NCBI GenBank assembly: GCA_051251915.1
Contig: JBPOGF010000011.1
Span: 64,001 to 128,000, forward strand
Length of the DNA: 64,000 nucleotides
Source: Akkermansiaceae bacterium
GTDB lineage: Bacteria; Verrucomicrobiota; Verrucomicrobiia; Verrucomicrobiales; Akkermansiaceae
Reading direction: 5' to 3'
Positions within the stretch are counted from its first letter, which is position 1. Each line of letters opens with the position of its first letter. Made by a program: the position numbers and the translations under genes. Below, piece after piece: positions 40,290 to 49,706 of the stretch. Below the pieces are notes generated by a model. The model was not told the origin of the DNA and did no database searches. It saw nothing but the letters and a program-made list of their open reading frames with translations.

Positions 40290-41810
40290 TTACCCGATAT
40301 TTAGTGAAGCATCGATCTTCGTTCTGATCTCAGTATAGAGCGGTTGATTCACAGATAAGTCCTTATTGTGAGTAGGCACCATCTCAGCCATCACACTAGA
40401 CCAACTCTCATTTTTCATCTCCTCTGAGAAACATTTCCCAAGAACTTCTAGAATGATAGCCACTGCTGTCGATGCTCCAGGACTAGCTCCGAGTAATGCA
40501 GAAAGTGATCCATCTGCCGCAGCCACAACCTCAGTACCAAACTGCAGTTTACCACCCTTCTCCTTATCTTTCTTAATGATCTGTACTCTCTGTCCTGCAG
40601 TCACCAGATCCCACTCCTCATCTTTAGCTCCTGGGAAAAACGTCCTTAGTAGATCCATTCTATCAGTGTGAGTGTTAATCACCTCTTGGTAAAGATACTC
40701 AGTTAGATTCATATTATCTCTACCCGCAGCAAGCATCGGCCCTATGTTATCCAGAGTCACACTAGCAAGCAAATCAAGCATTGATCCACGCTTTAAGAAC
40801 TTCGGTGAAAAGCCAGCATATGGCCCAAAGAGCAAACTGTTTCTCCCCTGAATCACTCGCGTATCCAAATGAGGCACAGACATTGGCGGAGCACCCACCG
40901 CTGCCTTACCATAGACTTTCGCATGGTGTTTCTCTACCAACTCCTGATTATTACAAACAAGGAACTGTCCACTAATAGGGAACCCTCCAAAACCTTCACC
41001 TTCTTTGATGTCAGATTTCTGAAGCAACTTCAGAGAACCACCACCAGCGCCAATAAATACAAACGGCGCGTAAATTTTCTCAGAGAAGAAGTCCCCTACC
41101 TTCTTCACTTTCACTTCCCAATCCCCAGATTTCTCCTTGTTTAAATCTCTAACAGCTGTCGTAGTAGCCAGCTCCACACCGTCCAAACTAATCAAGTGAT
41201 TAAACAACACACTAGTAAGTGAACCAAAATCAATATCTGTTCCAGTCTCTACCCTAGTTGCTGCTATTTCCTCATCTTCACCACGCCCCATTTTCAACAA
41301 AGGCGTCCACTCAGCAATCTTAGCCTGATCATCAGAAAACTGCATCTCATCGAAGAAATGATGACCAGTCATAGCTTCATGACGTTTCTTAAGAAATTCC
41401 ACATCATCAGCACCTTTCACAAAACTCATGTGCGGAACTTTACGAATAAAGTCTGCCGGATTTTCAATCACCCCCTGCTCCACAAGATACGCCCAGAACT
41501 GCTTAGAAAGCTCAAAGTCCTCATTGATCTTAATCGCTTTACTTATATCAACATCTCCATTCTCTAACACAGGAGTGTAATTTAATTCACACAAAGCTGC
41601 ATGCCCTGTCCCTGCATTATTCCATGCATGACTACTCTCCATCGCTACAGATGAAAGCAACTCCACAATCTGAATAGTCATCTCAGGCTTCAGCTTCTTC
41701 AGCATGATACCTAGTGTTGCACTCATAATCCCTCCACCAATCAACACCACATCAGGGTGTTTCATTAAGCCATTTTCCGTGAATTCAGTCGCATTAGTTG
41801 TTGCACTCAT
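40290..41810 (-). CDS. mqo: Malate:quinone oxidoreductase
   Basis: [56 protein letters not shown] and [10 protein letters not shown]. Confidence 0.97.
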   Translation of the reverse strand: MSATTNATEFTENGLMKHPDVVLIGGGIMSATLGIMLKKLKPEMTIQIVELLSSVAMESSHAWNNAGTGHAALCELNYTPVLENGDVDISKAIKINEDFELSKQFWAYLVEQGVIENPADFIRKVPHMSFVKGADDVEFLKKRHEAMTGHHFFDEMQFSDDQAKIAEWTPLLKMGRGEDEEIAATRVETGTDIDFGSLTSVLFNHLISLDGVELATTTAVRDLNKEKSGDWEVKVKKVGDFFSEKIYAPFVFIGAGGGSLKLLQKSDIKEGEGFGGFPISGQFLVCNNQELVEKHHAKVYGKAAVGAPPMSVPHLDTRVIQGRNSLLFGPYAGFSPKFLKRGSMLDLLASVTLDNIGPMLAAGRDNMNLTEYLYQEVINTHTDRMDLLRTFFPGAKDEEWDLVTAGQRVQIIKKDKEKGGKLQFGTEVVAAADGSLSALLGASPGASTAVAIILEVLGKCFSEEMKNESWSSVMAEMVPTHNKDLSVNQPLYTEIRTKIDASLNIG

Positions 41811-41858
41811 AGCGTTCAACTATCGTCACTAGCCACATTTGTCAACGCTTTGTCTAAC

Positions 41859-43205
41859 CTACCGCACTAACTTTAAGAACTTTTTACGCACCTTCGGAGA
41901 CACCATCGCATAAACGATATCACCAGGATCTAACACATCATCTGGACCCGGAACATCCGCATCCACTCCACGCATTTTAGCCACCAGCACACAGCCCTCA
42001 GGCCATTCCACCTCACCCACCATCTTACCAGCCACAATAGACCCACTCTCCACAGTCGTCTCTATCACCTCACCAGCACTAAGCTTCTTAACAATGTGGT
42101 AATCATCCGTAGTAATAAACTTCTCAATATCCCGCCTACTCGCCTCACGAGGACTCACCGCCGCAATCATCCCAAAATGCCGACCACTCGCACTGATTGC
42201 ATTCGCATAATCCGCCCTGTGTATCAGCGTCAAACAGTTCTTAGTTCCCAAGTTATGAGCTTGCAAGCAAGTCATCACATTATCTTCATCACTAGTACTC
42301 GTCGCCACAAAAAAGTCAGCCTGCCCCACTCGCTCCTCCTCAAGCTCCGCTAACACAGTTCCATCAGTATTAATCACCGTCGTATTAGATAACCTATCAG
42401 TTAGCTCCTGAGCCACAGCCGGATCTTTCTCCAGAATCCTCACCTTACAATTCCAACTCTCCAACATCTGAGCCAAAGAAAATCCATACTCACCACCACC
42501 AAAAATCACCACTCGTATCTCATCCTTACTTTCCTTCGTCTTCTGCAACCTATCGGCCAGATCCTTCAGCTTCCTAGGCTCACCAAAAATAGTCACCACA
42601 TCCCCTGCTTCAAGCGTCGTCCGCGCATTCGGCACGAAATGTTCACCCCCACGAGAAACAGACGCCACCCGAGTTCTCTCAGGCGCCTTCAGCTGCATCA
42701 ACATCTTACCAATCGCATCACTCGTCTCACACACCCTCACCTGCTGAAGCTCTATCTTCCCACGCGCCACTTCTTCTACCACCAATGAGTCTGGATTACG
42801 TATAAATTTCGCCAACTCAATCGCGCTCAACCTCTCCGAACTAAAAATATGGTCAATCCCAAAATGCCCCCGATAATCAAACAACCACTCCTCACGCTGC
42901 AACCCAGGGTGAACCCTACAAACAACCTTCCTAGCCTCCAGTTTAGTAGCCATCGATGCCGTCATCATGTTCACCGTATTATCACTCGTTAAAGCCAAAA
43001 ACAGATCACAATTCCCAACCTCAGCCTCAAGCAAAACCGTAATACTCGTCCCATCACCATGCACCACTTTCGCATCAAGAGATTGCTCCAACTCGTGCGC
43101 CAAAACAGCATTGGACTCAATAACCACAATACTATGCGCCTCTCGTGACAACGATTCTGCCATATGTCTACCTACCTCGCCAGCTCCTACAATGATGATG
43201 TTCAT
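41859..43205 (-). CDS. trkA: Trk system potassium uptake protein TrkA
   Basis: Two RCK-N (GAGEVG, GGGEYG) plus RCK-C repeats. Confidence 0.93.
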   Translation of the reverse strand: MNIIIVGAGEVGRHMAESLSREAHSIVVIESNAVLAHELEQSLDAKVVHGDGTSITVLLEAEVGNCDLFLALTSDNTVNMMTASMATKLEARKVVCRVHPGLQREEWLFDYRGHFGIDHIFSSERLSAIELAKFIRNPDSLVVEEVARGKIELQQVRVCETSDAIGKMLMQLKAPERTRVASVSRGGEHFVPNARTTLEAGDVVTIFGEPRKLKDLADRLQKTKESKDEIRVVIFGGGEYGFSLAQMLESWNCKVRILEKDPAVAQELTDRLSNTTVINTDGTVLAELEEERVGQADFFVATSTSDEDNVMTCLQAHNLGTKNCLTLIHRADYANAISASGRHFGMIAAVSPREASRRDIEKFITTDDYHIVKKLSAGEVIETTVESGSIVAGKMVGEVEWPEGCVLVAKMRGVDADVPGPDDVLDPGDIVYAMVSPKVRKKFLKLVR

Positions 43206-43242
43206 TGGCGGGGAAACTAGCCTAAGACCCTCCAATAAGCAA
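43206..43242 (-). promoter_or_regulatory. Near-leaderless promoter TTGCTT-N17-TAGTTT-CCCCGCCA-ATG (trkA)
   Basis: The -10 box ends 8 nt before the ATG. Confidence 0.55.
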
Positions 43243-43318
43243 CAGCCAAGTATTACACCTTATCTCCTAACCTAACCTGAACTTATTCAAATAAGATAAG
43301 ACACTCCATACACCCGCA

Positions 43319-44050
43319 CTAAGACAAAGCCGTAAACAAATGAGTGATCTCCTCCTTGATCAACTCAGCATCAGACGAACCTATCGTATCCGCTACCTGC
43401 CTCTGCAATATCTCCTTATACGTTTGCCGTAATCTATGCACAGCCACCTTCACCGCCCCTTCAGATAACCTCAAACGCTGCGCTACCTCACCATAACTAT
43501 CCTCCCCCATACTCCATCCCAAATAAGGCTTCAGCACATCAAACACCTCCCCCTTGCCCTTTTTCACATAGCCCGCACGCATCTTCAACAATGACTGCTC
43601 CAGCACCGACAATGCCCAGCGCTTATCAAACAATGACTCAGCCGTCACCGTCTCCAAAAGTTCACCACCAAGCCACTCCTCCTCACGCCCCTGATCAAAC
43701 GATAACTTCACCTGTCCACCTCCACCCTCCTGCGCACAATCGCCACTCTCCCTCATCAAAACCACCCTATCCACGACCGTCCTAAAAAACGTCCGCAACC
43801 TCCCCCTCACAACATCCACACGCTTTATCAAATCCTTATCTAATAACCCCTCAAAAACGATCTGCACCATACCCACAGCATCCTCTCCCCCCATCCCTCT
43901 ACCCCGTGCAAACACATACAACGGAGCCCAATACCACTTACAAATCTCAGAAATCGCCTCACCCGCCATCTGCTCATCCGCCGAAGCTGCTCGCTCCAAC
44001 AGTAACCACTGGTCACTAAGCAACTTACCATCAAGATGATCATTCTTCAT
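43319..44050 (-). CDS. ECF-type sigma-70 factor (PVC-type)
   Basis: ICKWYWAPLYVFAR (region 2), RGRLRTFF, FDKRWA and SYGEVAQRLRLSEGAVKVAVHRLR (region 4 HTH). Confidence 0.85.
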   Translation of the reverse strand: MKNDHLDGKLLSDQWLLLERAASADEQMAGEAISEICKWYWAPLYVFARGRGMGGEDAVGMVQIVFEGLLDKDLIKRVDVVRGRLRTFFRTVVDRVVLMRESGDCAQEGGGGQVKLSFDQGREEEWLGGELLETVTAESLFDKRWALSVLEQSLLKMRAGYVKKGKGEVFDVLKPYLGWSMGEDSYGEVAQRLRLSEGAVKVAVHRLRQTYKEILQRQVADTIGSSDAELIKEEITHLFTALS

Positions 44051-44184
44051 ATGAAAAAATCATGAATAACAGATCACACTTTGACGAGCTTTATGTTAAA
44101 CATCCCCCTAAATAGTAATTCTCTCACTTAACATTATACAGACATCACCCGCACTCATGTCTTACACCTCAACTAGTGAAGCTA

Positions 44185-44298
44185 TTAAAAATAGAGTGGC
44201 GTTCTAACCATCTCATAAGGTTTTACTACCTCACGCCCCAGTGATACTTCGCAAGAGCAGAAAATGACAGCTAACCCAGCAATAAGGACATTTTTCAT
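44185..44298 (-). CDS. Small lipoprotein-like ORF or truncated lipoprotein remnant (37 aa)
   Basis: My translation: MKNVLIAGLAVIFCSCEVSLGREVVKPYEMVRTPLYF, with a signal-like N-terminus and lipobox-like FCSC. Confidence 0.35.
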   Translation of the reverse strand: MKNVLIAGLAVIFCSCEVSLGREVVKPYEMVRTPLYF

Positions 44299-44402
44299 CT
44301 CTTCAATCATAATACATTCACTAAAATTTACCGTTTATCGCAACCCCAGTAAAGCCACCTCCAACATCCCCCCATCAAGACACGAAAAACTTACCTGTAT
44401 GG

Positions 44403-44440
44403 TTGACCTTTTCCCCCACTCCCACTAGCGTCCCGCCGAT
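44403..44440 (+). promoter_or_regulatory. Near-leaderless promoter TTGACC-N17-TAGCGT-CCCGCCGAT-ATG
   Basis: The -10 box ends 9 nt before the FKBP ATG. Confidence 0.6.
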
Positions 44441-45025
44441 ATGAAATTACAAGAAGCAGTAGAAATCGTCAGCCAAGGTGTTGGCTTCAGACTAGGTAGC
44501 CAAATCTCAGAAGATGCCACCCTCGATAAGGACATCATACTCAAAGCAATCACCGCAGTATTCGCAGGTAAAGGAGAAGCTCCAAATCAAGAAAAATTTA
44601 CCGAAGCAGCACAGATCGTCCAGGAAGAATCTACCAAGGAACTCCGCGCAGCTGGTGACGCATTCCTCGCAGAAAACAAATCTAAAGATGGAATCCAAGT
44701 CACTGACTCAGGACTCCAATACAAAATCGTAGAAGAAGGCTCAGGAGAAACTCCACAACCTAGCGACAAAGTAACCGTCCACTACACAGGAAAACTCATC
44801 GATGGCACCACCTTCGACAGCAGCATCCCACGCGGCGAGCCTACACAGTTCGGTGTCACTCAAGTCATCCCAGGTTGGGTAGAAGGCCTCCAACTCATGA
44901 AGCCAGGCGCTAAATACGAGTTCTACATCCCACAAGAACTCGCCTACGGAGCACAAGGATCACAAGGAGCCATCCCTCCATTCTCAGCCCTCATCTTCGA
45001 AGTTGAGCTCATCAAAATCAACTAA
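44441..45025 (+). CDS. FKBP-type peptidyl-prolyl isomerase (FklB/Mip-like, no signal peptide)
   Basis: SGLQY, VTVHYTGKLIDGTTFDSS, VIPGWVEGL and IPPFSALIFEVELI. Confidence 0.93.
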   Translation: MKLQEAVEIVSQGVGFRLGSQISEDATLDKDIILKAITAVFAGKGEAPNQEKFTEAAQIVQEESTKELRAAGDAFLAENKSKDGIQVTDSGLQYKIVEEGSGETPQPSDKVTVHYTGKLIDGTTFDSSIPRGEPTQFGVTQVIPGWVEGLQLMKPGAKYEFYIPQELAYGAQGSQGAIPPFSALIFEVELIKIN

Positions 45026-45041
45026 TCTCCATCACTGAACG

Positions 45042-45181
45042 GCACTAACTTTAGACAAGATTCAATAATCTCATTTCATCACTAACCTCAGAAATCTCGC
45101 TTGCGGCTACTTGCTACCCGCTCCTTGCTTCCTCTAGGTTACTCTCGAAATTCTGAATAACTTTTCGTCTAAATGTTAGGC
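45042..45181. other. ~135-nt long imperfect hairpin (candidate ncRNA, MITE or attC-like element)
   Basis: Nested inverted repeats CTAAC-TTTAGAC/GTCTAAA-T-GTTAG, TTCA/TGAA, ATTTC/GAAAT, TAACCT/AGGTTA and GCGG/CCGC. Confidence 0.55.
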
Positions 45182-45224
45182 TATTCCCCATAACTCAAAA
45201 ACTTACCCCTAGCAGATCACCAAA

Positions 45225-45815
45225 ATGGAACTACAAGAAGCACTAGACATCGTTAGCTATAAAATAGGTCTCAGATTTGGTGAGACTGCTCTGGGGGATG
45301 AGTTATTTCTCGAAGAGAAAATCCACGAAGCCATCCGCGACAAAGCCGCCGGTTCCGAAAAAGAAATAGACCTCAAAGTCTACATGGTAGCCACCCAAAT
45401 GGTCTCCGCAGAAAGAACCCGCCTATTCAAGCTGAAGAACGAAAACTTCCTCACAGAAAATGCAACCAATAGCGACGTAGTCACCACCCCATCTGGACTC
45501 CAATACAAAGTCATCCAGCCCGCAGAAGAAAATTCAGCTAAACCAAAACCAACGGACAGCGTAACCGTCCACTACACCGGTAAGCTCACCTGCGGCACCG
45601 TTTTCGATAGCAGCCACGAGCGAGGAAGCCCAGCCACATTCGCACTAGAAAAAGTCATCTCCGGTTGGTCAGAAGCACTCCAACTCATGCAAGTAGGCGA
45701 GAAATTCCAGATCTATGTCCCACAAGGAATCGGCTACGGCAAACGCGGCGTCGGTAGCGACATCCCACCCTACGCCACCCTCGTCTTCGACGTCGAGCTA
45801 CTCGCTATTTCATAA
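45225..45815 (+). CDS. FKBP-type peptidyl-prolyl isomerase (second paralog)
   Basis: SGLQY, VTVHYTGKLTCGTVFDSS, VISGWSEAL and IPPYATLVFDVEL. Confidence 0.92.
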   Translation: MELQEALDIVSYKIGLRFGETALGDELFLEEKIHEAIRDKAAGSEKEIDLKVYMVATQMVSAERTRLFKLKNENFLTENATNSDVVTTPSGLQYKVIQPAEENSAKPKPTDSVTVHYTGKLTCGTVFDSSHERGSPATFALEKVISGWSEALQLMQVGEKFQIYVPQGIGYGKRGVGSDIPPYATLVFDVELLAIS

Positions 45816-45824
45816 ATTTAAAAA

Positions 45825-46529
45825 ATGTCGCACACCCCAGCACCATCACTAAACATTCTCTACCAAGACGAATGGATGGTCGCCATAGACAAACCCGCAG
45901 GCTGGCTAGTCCACCCAGCCAGTGAACCACAGGAAGACGATCTCGTCGCCATGAAAGTCCTTCGAGACCAAATCGGCGAACGCGTCTACACCATCCACCG
46001 CATCGACCGCCCCACCACCGGCGTCCTCCTCATGGGCATCGACCGCGAGATCTCCCAAGCCCTCCACCAAGCCCTCGCAGCCCACCAAATGCAGAAAACC
46101 TACTGGGCCATCATCCACGGCAGAACCCCAGACACAGAATGGGACTGCACACAGCCCATCCAAAAAGAAGCAGACAAACCCATCCGCGACGCCCACACCA
46201 GCTTCCAACTGTTAGAAACTGTTAGACACCCCGCTCTAACGAATTCGCCAGACATAGAAGTAGACAAACTCTCCCTCATCCAAGCAACCCCACACACCGG
46301 CAGATTCCACCAAATCCGCAGACACCTCCTCCACGCAGGCTTCCCCATCATCGGCGACTACCGCTACGGAGGCATCGAGCGTTGTGACCAGCTTGGCACC
46401 CTCCTAGACACCGGCTCCCGCATGCTCCTCATGGCAAAAAAACTACAATTCACCCACCCCGTCACCAAAGCTCCCATCACCATCGAAGCCCCCACTGAAC
46501 CCATGTTCACCAAGTGCTTCCTAGGCTAA
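45825..46529 (+). CDS. truC: RluA-family pseudouridine synthase, TruC-like
   Basis: DKPAGWLVH, HRIDRPTTGV, KTYWA, TGRFHQIRRH and PIIGDYRYG. Confidence 0.78.
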   Translation: MSHTPAPSLNILYQDEWMVAIDKPAGWLVHPASEPQEDDLVAMKVLRDQIGERVYTIHRIDRPTTGVLLMGIDREISQALHQALAAHQMQKTYWAIIHGRTPDTEWDCTQPIQKEADKPIRDAHTSFQLLETVRHPALTNSPDIEVDKLSLIQATPHTGRFHQIRRHLLHAGFPIIGDYRYGGIERCDQLGTLLDTGSRMLLMAKKLQFTHPVTKAPITIEAPTEPMFTKCFLG

Positions 46530-46584
46530 AATTTCACATAAAAATAAGTTTCCAAATTCGCAATGTGGGCTAACTTACCCGATA

Positions 46585-48033
46585 ATGCGAATCCTCACTT
46601 TCCTTTCCTTTCTCCTCACCGCTCACCTCACCTTCGCCGCCACCTACGTGCGCAGCAATGAGCGTCCACCAGCATTCCCACGCGAATTCCGTGGAGCATG
46701 GGTCGCCTGCGTCTATAACATCGACTGGCCCAGTAAACCCGGCCTCTCCCAAGCCGCCCAGAAAGCCGAACTCAACACCATCATCGCCCGCGCCGCAGAA
46801 TACAAACTCAACGCCATCATCTTCCAAGTCCGCCCTAACGCAGACGCCGCATACTATTCTAAATACGAGCCCTTCAGCCACTGGATCTCCGGCACCATGG
46901 GGAAATCATCCGGCTATGACCCCCTCGCTTATTGCATCAACGAAGCCCACAAAAAAGGCATCGAAGTACACGCTTGGTTCAACCCCTTCCGTGCCCTGCC
47001 TAATGCCAGCATGGCCACCTCCAACAATCACGTCACCCGCACCAATCCCTCAGAAATTAAAAATTTCCGTAACTACAAATGGATGAACCCTGCATCCAGC
47101 TTCGCACGCCAACGCGCACTCAACGTAATGCTCGATGTAGCCCGCCGCTACGATATCGACGGCATCCACATCGACGACTACTTCTATCCATACCCAGAGC
47201 TACATAACAATGGAACCCCAAAACAAATCTTCCCCGACGGTAAAAACCCAGCCTCACGCCGCTACTACGTAGATGCCTTCGTTAAGCAAATGTACACCTC
47301 CATCAAACAAGTCAAACCACACCTCCGCGTAGGCATTAGCCCCTTCGGCATCTGGAAACCCGGCGTCCCAAGTGGCACCTCAGCCAATATCAATGCCTAC
47401 GAGCACCTCGCCGCAGACTCCCGCAAATGGCTCAAAAACGGCTGGTGTGATTACCTCTCACCACAACTCTACTGGAGAATCAAATCAGACCAATCCTTCA
47501 CCAAGCTCCTCTACTGGTGGCGCGGAGAAAGTGAATCTTCCCCCTACAAACGCCCCGTCTGGCCAGGCCTCGCCACAGACCGCGTCCTCTCCACCACTGA
47601 CCCCGGTCGCCCCGCATCAGAAATGCTAAACCAAGTCAACCTCAGCCGCACAATCGGTAAAAATTGGGCCGGCCACGTCCACTGGAGCATGAAATCCCTC
47701 ATGCAAAATAGAGGCGGAGTCACCACCAAGCTAAAAGGCGGAGCCTACATCGCCCCCGCACTCATCCCACCCATGTCATGGATCCCAAGCGTAGCACCCG
47801 CACCACCAGCCGCATCCATCAGTCTAAAATCTGGCTACATCGCAGCCACCTGGCCCCGCGTACCAGGCGCATCCAAATACACCGTCCAGATCCGCCAAGG
47901 CAAACAATGGCACTCCATCGTAGTCACCTACGGCAACGGCGCCAGCATCCAAGGCAAACCAGATGCCATCGCCATCTCAGCCGTAAACCGAGTCGGAGTA
48001 GCCAGCACCCCATCAGTCTATACCCTCAGATAA
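46585..48033 (+). CDS. Glycoside hydrolase family 10-like (GHL10/DUF187, YddW/DigH-like)
   Basis: REFRGAWVA, NIDWPS, FQVRP, YDPL, HAWFNPFR, DGIHIDDYFYPY, GISPFGIW and PQLYW. Confidence 0.9.
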   Translation: MRILTFLSFLLTAHLTFAATYVRSNERPPAFPREFRGAWVACVYNIDWPSKPGLSQAAQKAELNTIIARAAEYKLNAIIFQVRPNADAAYYSKYEPFSHWISGTMGKSSGYDPLAYCINEAHKKGIEVHAWFNPFRALPNASMATSNNHVTRTNPSEIKNFRNYKWMNPASSFARQRALNVMLDVARRYDIDGIHIDDYFYPYPELHNNGTPKQIFPDGKNPASRRYYVDAFVKQMYTSIKQVKPHLRVGISPFGIWKPGVPSGTSANINAYEHLAADSRKWLKNGWCDYLSPQLYWRIKSDQSFTKLLYWWRGESESSPYKRPVWPGLATDRVLSTTDPGRPASEMLNQVNLSRTIGKNWAGHVHWSMKSLMQNRGGVTTKLKGGAYIAPALIPPMSWIPSVAPAPPAASISLKSGYIAATWPRVPGASKYTVQIRQGKQWHSIVVTYGNGASIQGKPDAIAISAVNRVGVASTPSVYTLR

Positions 48034-48139
48034 CAAGATAATCTAAAGCCATTTTCAACATCATTAAGTGGTCTCAAACTCAACTATTTAATATAAGTTA
48101 AATATTGATTTATGAGAAGTCCCGTGCGATATTGAGCTT

Positions 48140-49189
48140 ATGAAATATCCCCTTTTATTTTTCACATTCTTACTACTTGCACTCACGCACTTCGCCACAG
48201 CTAAAGAGCTCCCCGCTCAGCAACTAGAGGACATCCAGTTACAAATCTACCTAGACCAACAACACTTTGGCCCAGGAGTTCTAGACGGCAAACCAGGCAG
48301 ATACACCCGCATGGCAATAGAAGCCTACAACCAAAAATTCGGCTTCAACGCTGCAGACGAAACAGCAGTTCGTGACTCAGCTAAAACCCAAGTCACTCGC
48401 ATCTTCGCCCTCGCAACGGTCCCTACAATTGCCGAAAAATTCGTTAATCGTAACCTACCAAGTGATAGCAACCGTGAACTCCAAGCCAAACAAAAACAAC
48501 TTTCCTACCGCTCACTCGCAGAATTCATGGCGGAAAGATACCACACCACCGAGGACATCCTCATCGCCATCAACGGCTACAGCAAAATCAAAAACCTCAA
48601 ACTCCGCTCCCCCATCCAAGTCCCTAATGTAAAACCCTTCCTCATCGAAGACATGAGCAACGGCAAAGGCTATAAAGAAGACATCGACCTCAGCCGACGC
48701 TGGGTAGTCATCGACACCCAGAAAAACCAACTCCGCATCTTCGAAGCTAGGTTTGCTCAACTATCAGCGGAAGAAAAAGAAAAAGTCCCAGCAAAAGCCA
48801 TGATCGTAGAAGACGATTACCAACCATGGGACGAATCCAAAGCCAAACTCATCGCCGCATTCCCCATCACTCCAGGAAAGAAAAAGTTCACCCACTACGG
48901 TGAATGGAAAATCAAAAACGCCATCGAGTTCCCAACCTGGCGCTACGATCCATCGCTCCTCCACACCGGCGTCAGAAGCAAAAACTACCTAGACATCCCA
49001 GCAGGGCCTAACAATCCAGTAGGCGTCCTCTGGATGGGCCTCACCAAATCCGGTATCGGCATCCACGGCACCAACAGCCCACGCACCATCGGCAGAGCCA
49101 TCTCCTCAGGCTGCATCAGAATGGCCAACTGGGACGTAGTCCACGTCCCTAAATACGCCCGCCCCGGCTCAACAGTCATCATTAAATAG
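48140..49189 (+). CDS. L,D-transpeptidase (YkuD) with PG-binding-like and LysM-like regions
   Basis: GPNNPVG and GIHGT...SSGCIRM catalytic motif; QIYLD..FGPGVLDG; AERYHTTE. Confidence 0.9.
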   Translation: MKYPLLFFTFLLLALTHFATAKELPAQQLEDIQLQIYLDQQHFGPGVLDGKPGRYTRMAIEAYNQKFGFNAADETAVRDSAKTQVTRIFALATVPTIAEKFVNRNLPSDSNRELQAKQKQLSYRSLAEFMAERYHTTEDILIAINGYSKIKNLKLRSPIQVPNVKPFLIEDMSNGKGYKEDIDLSRRWVVIDTQKNQLRIFEARFAQLSAEEKEKVPAKAMIVEDDYQPWDESKAKLIAAFPITPGKKKFTHYGEWKIKNAIEFPTWRYDPSLLHTGVRSKNYLDIPAGPNNPVGVLWMGLTKSGIGIHGTNSPRTIGRAISSGCIRMANWDVVHVPKYARPGSTVIIK

Positions 49190-49215
49190 CTCCAAAAAAA
49201 CCGTCATAAGATCTC

Positions 49216-49647
49216 ATGACACTCGCTGCATCAGATCCCCCTCTCTACCTCATCATCCTCATCCCGACACTAATGATCGGGTTCTGGTGCTTTGTCTGTT
49301 TCATCCTCTCGTTCGTTGGCGGCTGGGGACGCATGGCAAAACGTTACCCAAGCAACAACCTCCCCACAGGAGACCGATTCACCAGCAGAAGCCTCAAAGT
49401 AGGTCTCACAAACTACAATCGCTGCCTCACCATTCACGCCAATCAAGAAGGAATCCACCTGGCCATCTGGCTTATATTCCGCCCAGGCCACCCACCTATA
49501 TTCTTACCTTGGTCAGAATTAAAAAATCAACGACCATCCTCCTTCCTCTGGATAAACTACCTCCGCGTAGAAGTCGGCTCCCCAAAAACAACCACCCTCT
49601 CCATCCCCGAAAAAGACTTCAAAGCGTTCCTATCGAACCGACATTGA
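49216..49647 (+). CDS. Hypothetical membrane protein
   Basis: N-terminal TM segment, GGWGRMAKRY and FRPGHPPIFLPW. Confidence 0.7.
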   Translation: MTLAASDPPLYLIILIPTLMIGFWCFVCFILSFVGGWGRMAKRYPSNNLPTGDRFTSRSLKVGLTNYNRCLTIHANQEGIHLAIWLIFRPGHPPIFLPWSELKNQRPSSFLWINYLRVEVGSPKTTTLSIPEKDFKAFLSNRH

Positions 49648-49706
49648 GATTGTAGTTGAGTTTAGGTCGCTGTATATCTCAACTATTCAGCCACAAACTC
49701 CACCAC

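Noticed and set aside
44262..44282. GACAGCTAACCC resembles the 3' core of the c-di-AMP (ydaO) riboswitch
   Set aside because: The upstream conserved elements (GCTGAATCC, GGAAC, GGGGTGAA) are absent, and the motif is explained as the antisense of the small lipoprotein-like ORF.
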